Shown piece by piece: positions 57,502-64,000 of a DNA stretch of 64,000 nt (position 1 is its first letter; every line of letters begins with the position of its first letter). The position numbers and the translations under genes were made by a program. The DNA comes from a candidate division FCPU426 bacterium. GTDB lineage: Bacteria > Oederibacteriota > Muellerivitia > Muellerivitales > Muellerivitaceae. The stretch is from the NCBI GenBank assembly GCA_030041545.1, contig JASHNQ010000050.1, positions 22,374 through 86,373 of the forward strand. The letters are read 5' to 3'. The notes under the pieces are model-generated. The model saw nothing but the letters and a program-made list of their open reading frames with translations. It did not search any database and was not told where the DNA came from.

Positions 57502-58688
57502 TTTTTCCCTCTCAAGATTGCTAGAACATAAGTATCTTCAAAAGAAAAATCAGCTACTGGATTTCCGTTCTTTATCAATGACTCTTGTGCTCTCTCAACC
57601 CCACGGCCAAACTTGTTAACATAACCCAGATTATTCATGGCTTCCGCAATTATCGGATTCCTGTAGGCGGTTTGTTTCGGAAAATTTTTGGGAGTGGCTT
57701 CCCCGTACAAGCCACCTGGACTTTGAATTTCTATTCTATCTTCGAACCAATAAAATCGAACAGGGGCGGTAGCCTCATAATCTCTGTGCATCATCCCGTT
57801 CATAAGTATTTCTCGTATCGCTATTTCGGGATAATCTTTTATATCTTTATCTCGTAGAGCATCTTCCCTAACAACAGACTTAGTAATTTGAATTGAAACA
57901 AAAGAATTTAAATCTTTTAGAACCGTCAACAAATCCCCAGAAAATCTTTTGTTATCCAATACGTCATCAGAAAGTTTTTTCCCATTAAAACGGACAAACT
58001 CAACATAGGCGCCAGGAAACCAGTTTAGTGGGTTTTTACCAAATAGAAGCATTCCAGCATTTGTGGGGCAAGATTTTGAGAGGTTAAAAAAACGCAAAGA
58101 AGCCAACTGTAAATCTACGGAACGATGATTTTCAGCGAGCACATCAGAAGCAACCGCAGTTTCTCGATATCCAACCACAAACAGCTCTTGAGATAAATCA
58201 GTGATTGATGAGCCAACACATGGACGAGCATCAAGTGTTTTTGCAGAATCGGTATTTTTCTCAGTTAATCTTCGCTCTTCTTGTAAGGTTGCAAAACCTC
58301 TCCTTGGACCAACGCGAATACACGTCCTGCCTTTGTACCGAACCGGAGTTAATTCCGATGGAAGCACCTCAACAATTGCAATTTCTCCAGTTCTCATTGG
58401 ATGTTCAAGTTTATATACACTCATGATTGGAAATGGTTGGATATTTGCATCGGATCTTAAACTTCCAAGTTGTTCCAATAATAGTTCAGTAACTTTTAAT
58501 CCAGATGCGGTTCCATCTGGATTCACACCAATAAGCAAATATCCGGGTAATCCGTGGTTCGGCAAGTCATTTGAAAATGAACATATAGCTTCACAAAATT
58601 TATCTATATCCTCAGTTGAAATGGTTTTTTCAACTCGATCTTGTTCATCGCTCTTAAGAAGTTTTTTCAATTCTTTGGGAGTTAGCAA
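57498..58688 (-). CDS. Schlafen-like AlbA_2 domain + HATPase_c_4 domain protein (annotated elsewhere as ATP-binding protein / putative regulator)
   Basis: N-terminal ...GYLLIGVNPDGTASGLKV (AlbA_2-like); C-terminal IREILMNGMMHRDYEATAPVRFYWFEDRIEIQSPGGL (HATPase_c_4-like); overlaps the ParA-like gene by 4 nt; low GC. Confidence 0.7.
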   Translation of the reverse strand: MLTPKELKKLLKSDEQDRVEKTISTEDIDKFCEAICSFSNDLPNHGLPGYLLIGVNPDGTASGLKVTELLLEQLGSLRSDANIQPFPIMSVYKLEHPMRTGEIAIVEVLPSELTPVRYKGRTCIRVGPRRGFATLQEERRLTEKNTDSAKTLDARPCVGSSITDLSQELFVVGYRETAVASDVLAENHRSVDLQLASLRFFNLSKSCPTNAGMLLFGKNPLNWFPGAYVEFVRFNGKKLSDDVLDNKRFSGDLLTVLKDLNSFVSIQITKSVVREDALRDKDIKDYPEIAIREILMNGMMHRDYEATAPVRFYWFEDRIEIQSPGGLYGEATPKNFPKQTAYRNPIIAEAMNNLGYVNKFGRGVERAQESLIKNGNPVADFSFEDTYVLAILRGKK

Positions 58689-58763
58689 TTGGACTCCAGT
58701 GAATCAATAAAATGTTAAACATTCATTATCAAATTGTAGTAATCCGATTACAAATTATTAAGG

Positions 58764-59576
58764 TTATCTATTTTTTAAAAGAATTTTTTGGATAGCAAGA
58801 CTATCCCTGAGGACCTGACGGAAGGTCTCGAAGGTGATTTGGGTGGCGGCGTCGGACTTGGCTTTGGGCGGGTCCGGGTGCACCTCCATGAAAAGGCCGT
58901 CCACTCCCACGGCCACCGCCGCCCGCATGAGGTCCGGCGCGTGCTCGCGGGTTCCGCCGCTGGAAGTCCCCTTGGCCGCGGGCTGCTGCACGCTGTGGGT
59001 GCCGTCGAATATAACCGGGCAGCCGGTCTTTTTCATTTCCGGGATGCCCCGGAAATCCACCACCAGGTTGTTGTAGCCGAAGGAAGTTCCCCGTTCGGTA
59101 AGCCAGATGTTCTTCTGGCCCACTTCCATCATCTTGCCGATCACATGGATCATTTCCAAGGGAGCCATGAATTGCGCCTTTTTCACGTTGACCACTTCCC
59201 CATGCCGGGCCGCCTCCCTTAAAAGGCTGGTTTGGCGGGAAAGAAAAGCGGGGATTTGGAGTACGTCAGCCACCTTGGCGGCCGCCTTCACCTCGCCGAT
59301 CTCGTGGATATCCGTTAAAACGGGGATGTTGAATTTCTTTTTCACTAAAGCCAGGTCGGCCAGGCCCTTCTTGAGTCCGGGCCCCCGGAAACCCTTCATC
59401 GAAGTGCGGTTGGCCTTGTCGTAGGAGGATTTGAAGACCAGGGGCACGCCGAACTCGTCCGCGATACCCTTGATGGTCCTGGCGGTCTTTAAAAGAAAAT
59501 CCGTGCCCTCGATCACGCAGGGCCCCGCGATCACGAAGAACTTGCCGTTTTTGCCTAACTGTTTTACGTCGATCAT
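58764..59576 (-). CDS. kdsA: 3-deoxy-8-phosphooctulonate synthase
   Basis: Canonical KdsA; ATG (MIDVKQ) preceded by AAGGGG. Confidence 0.9.
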   Translation of the reverse strand: MIDVKQLGKNGKFFVIAGPCVIEGTDFLLKTARTIKGIADEFGVPLVFKSSYDKANRTSMKGFRGPGLKKGLADLALVKKKFNIPVLTDIHEIGEVKAAAKVADVLQIPAFLSRQTSLLREAARHGEVVNVKKAQFMAPLEMIHVIGKMMEVGQKNIWLTERGTSFGYNNLVVDFRGIPEMKKTGCPVIFDGTHSVQQPAAKGTSSGGTREHAPDLMRAAVAVGVDGLFMEVHPDPPKAKSDAATQITFETFRQVLRDSLAIQKILLKNR

Positions 59577-59587
59577 AAAACCCCTTA

Positions 59588-59697
59588 TCACCGCGAAGAC
59601 ACGAAAACCGCGAAGGAAGATTTAAAAAGGAAAAATGATGTTTTTCAAAACAAAATTTTTTTGCTTTTCTTCGCGAACTTCGCGCCTTCGCGGTTCA
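59588..59697. repeat. compound palindromic element P9 (CGCGAAG tandem-unit arms)
   Basis: caccgcgaagacacgaaaaccgcgaaggaag ... cttttcttcgcgaacttcgcgccttcgcggttca, in the kdsA-pyrG gap. Confidence 0.6.
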
Positions 59698-61314
<1,617 letters not shown>

Positions 61315-61324
61315 TCACTTCCTC

Positions 61325-61610
61325 CCATTGAGTATCGATACCCGTCGCGTCCAATAGTTGTGAGTTTCGAGTGTTGAGTTTTGAGTCAGAGACTCTAACA
61401 AAACCCTGTTTTTAAGAAATATCCCCCTCTCCCTTGAGGGGAGAGGGACGGGGTGAGGGTGGCAACTGCAGGGTTTTCCACACCCCTCACCCTACCCTCT
61501 CCCGCAAGGGGCGAGGGTCTTGGGAGGTTTTGTTAGAGTCTCTTAATGAAATTTTCGGATTCACGGATGAATCCGAAAACACCCACAACTCAAAACTTTT
61601 TTCTCCTCAG
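61325..61610. repeat. palindromic element S1 (GAGTTTTGAGT-type arms, inner hairpin ttttcggattcacggatgaatccgaaaa) interrupted by MITE copy D
   Basis: Left arm gttgtgagtttcgagtgttgagttttgagtca | insertion | right arm ...acccacaactcaaaactttt. Confidence 0.55.
61389..61542. mobile_element. MITE-like element copy D (GAGACTCTAACAAAACC terminal inverted repeats, GGGGAGAGGG core)
   Basis: Near-identical to copy C (46117..46270); flanks tca / tta. Confidence 0.65.
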
Positions 61611-62411
61611 GTACTTTTCAACCTTTCTCACGTCCGCCGGGACATCCACTGCGATGGATTCGACCTTCCGAATGGCCGCGCGGATCACCACCCCGTTCTC
61701 CATGGCCCGCAATTGTTCCAGTTTTTCGGTTAATTCCAGGGGCGTGGGTTTCAAGGTCGCCATCAGTTGAAGCCAGGCGGGCCGGTAGCCGTACAGTCCC
61801 ATGTGTTTATAGGCTTTAGGCATACCGCCGCCCGCGGTGAGCCTAGCCCGCCCTGATCTGCCCCGCGGTGAGCCTGCCTGCCCTGAACTTGTCGAAGGGG
61901 TCGAACCGTCGCGAGGGTAAGGAATAGGCGCCCGCGAGAAATAAAGCACGCCCCCCTTGGGGCCCAAAACCGCCTTGACCACGTTGGGGTCCAGCCATTC
62001 CCTCTTGTCCGCCAGGGGAATCACCACGGTGGACATCAAAACCCTCGGGTCCTTTTGAAGCACTTCCACGACCGCGTCCACGGCCGCCGGAGCCATGACC
62101 GGCTCGTCGCCCTGGATGTTCACGATGATATCGGCCTTTTGATTCCGTACGGCGAAGGCGATCCGGTCCGTGCCGGACTTCAGGGAAGAAGGGGTCATGA
62201 CCGCCTTGGCCCCGGCCTTTTCCACCGCGTCGGCGATCCGCCGGTCGTCCGTGGCGACCCAGACTTCGCTCAATCTTTTGGCTTTTTGGGCCCGGCGGAC
62301 GACCCGGACGATCATGGGCACGCCCGCAATCAACGCGAGGGGCTTTCCGGGGAATCTCTGCGCGCCATATCTCGAAGGAATAACGCCAATAACCTTTTCT
62401 TTGCCCGCCAC
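61590..62411 (-). CDS. kdsB: 3-deoxy-manno-octulosonate cytidylyltransferase with in-frame low-complexity insertion
   Basis: MAGKEKVIGVIPSRYGAQRFPGKPL... canonical KdsB; a ~25-aa insert (DGSTPSTSSGQAGSPRGRSGRARLTAGGG) is encoded by a ~30-bp tandem duplication at ~61831..61890. Confidence 0.85.
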   Translation of the reverse strand: MAGKEKVIGVIPSRYGAQRFPGKPLALIAGVPMIVRVVRRAQKAKRLSEVWVATDDRRIADAVEKAGAKAVMTPSSLKSGTDRIAFAVRNQKADIIVNIQGDEPVMAPAAVDAVVEVLQKDPRVLMSTVVIPLADKREWLDPNVVKAVLGPKGGVLYFSRAPIPYPRDGSTPSTSSGQAGSPRGRSGRARLTAGGGMPKAYKHMGLYGYRPAWLQLMATLKPTPLELTEKLEQLRAMENGVVIRAAIRKVESIAVDVPADVRKVEKYLRRKKF

Positions 62412-62430
62412 TTGTTTCGCCCTTCGAATC

Positions 62431-62925
62431 CTAGATTTTAAAATTTGATTTTCCGAATCTCTGAACCACCATTTGGATCAGGTTGGTCGTCGAACGGCCC
62501 TCCACCACGGGAATGTTCAGGACCTTGCCGCCCCAGGACTGAACCAAGTCGCTTCCGATGATCTTGTCCACGGCCCAGTCGCCGCCCTTGATGAGGACGT
62601 CAGGGCGCAAAATTCGGATCAGGTGATGCGGATTGTCTTCTTCAAAAAAGGTCGCGTAATCCACGCAGGAAAGGGCCAGGAGCATTTCGGCCCGTTCCTC
62701 CAAGGGAAGGAGGGGTTTCAAGGGGCCTTTGATGCGCCGGACGGAGGCGTCGCTATTGAGGCCCACCACCAATAAATCCCCTTGTTTGCGGGCTTCCTGA
62801 AGATAAGTGACATGGCCCAGGTGGAGGAGGTCGAAGACCCCGTTGGTGAAGACTACTTTCTGACCTTGGTTTTGAAGGTTTTTGAGGACCGGCGCTAACT
62901 TGGCGGGTTCTAAAAAGTGATCCAA
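62431..62925 (-). CDS. D-glycero-beta-D-manno-heptose 1-phosphate adenylyltransferase (RfaE domain II / HldE C-terminal type)
   Basis: VVFTNGVFDLLHLGHVTYLQEARKQGDLLVVGLNSD cytidylyltransferase-like motif. Confidence 0.8.
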   Translation of the reverse strand: MDHFLEPAKLAPVLKNLQNQGQKVVFTNGVFDLLHLGHVTYLQEARKQGDLLVVGLNSDASVRRIKGPLKPLLPLEERAEMLLALSCVDYATFFEEDNPHHLIRILRPDVLIKGGDWAVDKIIGSDLVQSWGGKVLNIPVVEGRSTTNLIQMVVQRFGKSNFKI

Positions 62926-62946
62926 TTCATCTCAATCTCAATGCGG

Positions 62947-62965
62947 CCAACCGCGAGTTGGCCCG
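62947..62965. terminator. short hairpin downstream of the RDD gene (possible terminator)
   Basis: ggccaac cgcga gttggcc, 7-bp stem; weak T-tract. Confidence 0.3.
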
Positions 62966-63060
62966 CGTTGTGCCGAAGCTCAAGGAACTTCGGCCACTTG
63001 GGATGGGTAATTATAGGAGATGCCCTTCCACCTGGCAAGGATGACGTCAAAACGCGGGAA

Positions 63061-63882
63061 TTATTTTAAAGGGCCCCTGTTGTAAAGGACATCCACCGTA
63101 TTGCGCACATACTGCTCATCCGAAAGACCTTCCACGGCTTCCTCGGGAAACTTCGCTAAGGGCCTTAGGTGATCGGCGATGGTTTTGAACAATTCCACGC
63201 GCGGTTCGGATAAAAGATCGTTGCGCTTCAAGAGGGCCTGGAGCACTATTCTCGCCTGCACCGGCGAGATGTTTTTCCGGAGTTTGGCGCAAAGATGGGG
63301 ATATTTGCGGAAGGAATTGTACTTACCAGCCATGAGTTGGCGGAAATCCGGCTCAAAAACCGGGGCGTAACGGATGACCACCGTATTCGCCACCAAATCG
63401 CCCAGTCTCTGGGCCTTGCGGCTGGACAGGGAAACGACTCCTCCCACCATGTAAAAAATCGGCAGGGAATCCACAACCCGGAAAAGATTGCGGATGACCA
63501 CCTGACTGAAGTGTAGTTTAAGTCCCTGCTCATCCACGACGCGCAATCGAAAAAGCCGCTTACCCAAGGTCTGCCCGCGCCATCCCCATTCGCAGAGGAT
63601 CCCGTATCCAATGGCGATGACAAAGTTGCCGAAGATCAATGCCGCAAACGCCGCGTCCGCGCTGATCAGCCGCAGGAGGGCCACAATGGTTCCCAATGCG
63701 GTAAGAATGGTGCTAATACAGGCCAAATCGATAAGCCAAGCCATGAACCGTGTGATCGGTCCGGCCAAAAGCAGGGAAAAGGTGATTCCTTCCGGCGTCT
63801 GAATCTCCAAGTGGTTGGTTTTTTCCTGGTTCATGGGAACTGGTTTTTCCCCTCCCGGCGCCCTGAAAAGCCGAGGAAACAA
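63061..63882 (-). CDS. RDD family membrane protein
   Basis: RDD motif region (FMAWLIDLACIS...LCEWGWRGQTLGKRLFRLRVVD). Confidence 0.7.
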   Translation of the reverse strand: MFPRLFRAPGGEKPVPMNQEKTNHLEIQTPEGITFSLLLAGPITRFMAWLIDLACISTILTALGTIVALLRLISADAAFAALIFGNFVIAIGYGILCEWGWRGQTLGKRLFRLRVVDEQGLKLHFSQVVIRNLFRVVDSLPIFYMVGGVVSLSSRKAQRLGDLVANTVVIRYAPVFEPDFRQLMAGKYNSFRKYPHLCAKLRKNISPVQARIVLQALLKRNDLLSEPRVELFKTIADHLRPLAKFPEEAVEGLSDEQYVRNTVDVLYNRGPLK

Positions 63883-64000
63883 ATTAATAACACCAATTCC
63901 ACGCAGCCAAAAGCGATCTTCAAGGGATAAGGCAAGGCCGGCTCATGGTACTGGGATAAGAAAGATTCCACAAAACCGGCCCAGACCAGCATCAAAGCCG

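Overview
This window comes from a high-GC Gram-negative-type chromosome (LPS genes present) and is dense with minus-strand housekeeping operons. Coding content, start to end: an AIPR-like Abi gene cut by the window edge, hrpB, a GH10 xylanase and a GH26 mannanase, a rhodanese-family protein, HPr, TraB/GumN, DUF2252, sixA, two ~95%-identical REC-TPR-ATP-grasp genes flanking a TMTC/GT39-like TPR glycosyltransferase, a vapBC toxin-antitoxin pair, a lipid A/Kdo cluster (GT9, lpxK, waaA, DUF374 protein, lpxB, GT4), trpE-trpG, hisI, a LOG-family gene, hisFAHBCD-murA, the RNase P RNA gene (rnpB, missed by the ORF track), rnhA, a DUF1800/DUF1501 pair, kdsA-pyrG-kdsB-rfaE(domain II) and an RDD protein. 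Three things stand out. (1) A low-GC two-gene island (56.5-58.7 kb) encodes a ParA-type ATPase translationally coupled to a Schlafen/AlbA_2 + HATPase_c_4 protein; this is the best candidate for an undescribed defence or addiction module. (2) Nearly every short intergenic junction, including every junction of the his operon, carries a compound nested palindromic element whose arms are three tandem 8-9-mers. Two families are seen (CTCTTACCACAAAGT-terminated, and AT-rich GAATTTTGAATT-based). A third family, a GGGGAGAGGG-core MITE-like element with a GAGACTCTAACAAAACC terminal inverted repeat, is found twice inserted into other palindromes with TTA/TYA target duplications. Two such elements have been absorbed into the 3' ends of trpE and hisC. 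(3) A ~0.9-kb ORF-free, lower-GC block (28.4-29.3 kb) next to vapBC is purine-rich on the minus strand and carries a group II intron domain V-like motif; its identity is unresolved. Coordinates of repeats and the RNA gene were derived by hand and may be off by 1-2 nt; CDS coordinates follow the ORF track, with starts adjusted to ATG/RBS where stated.
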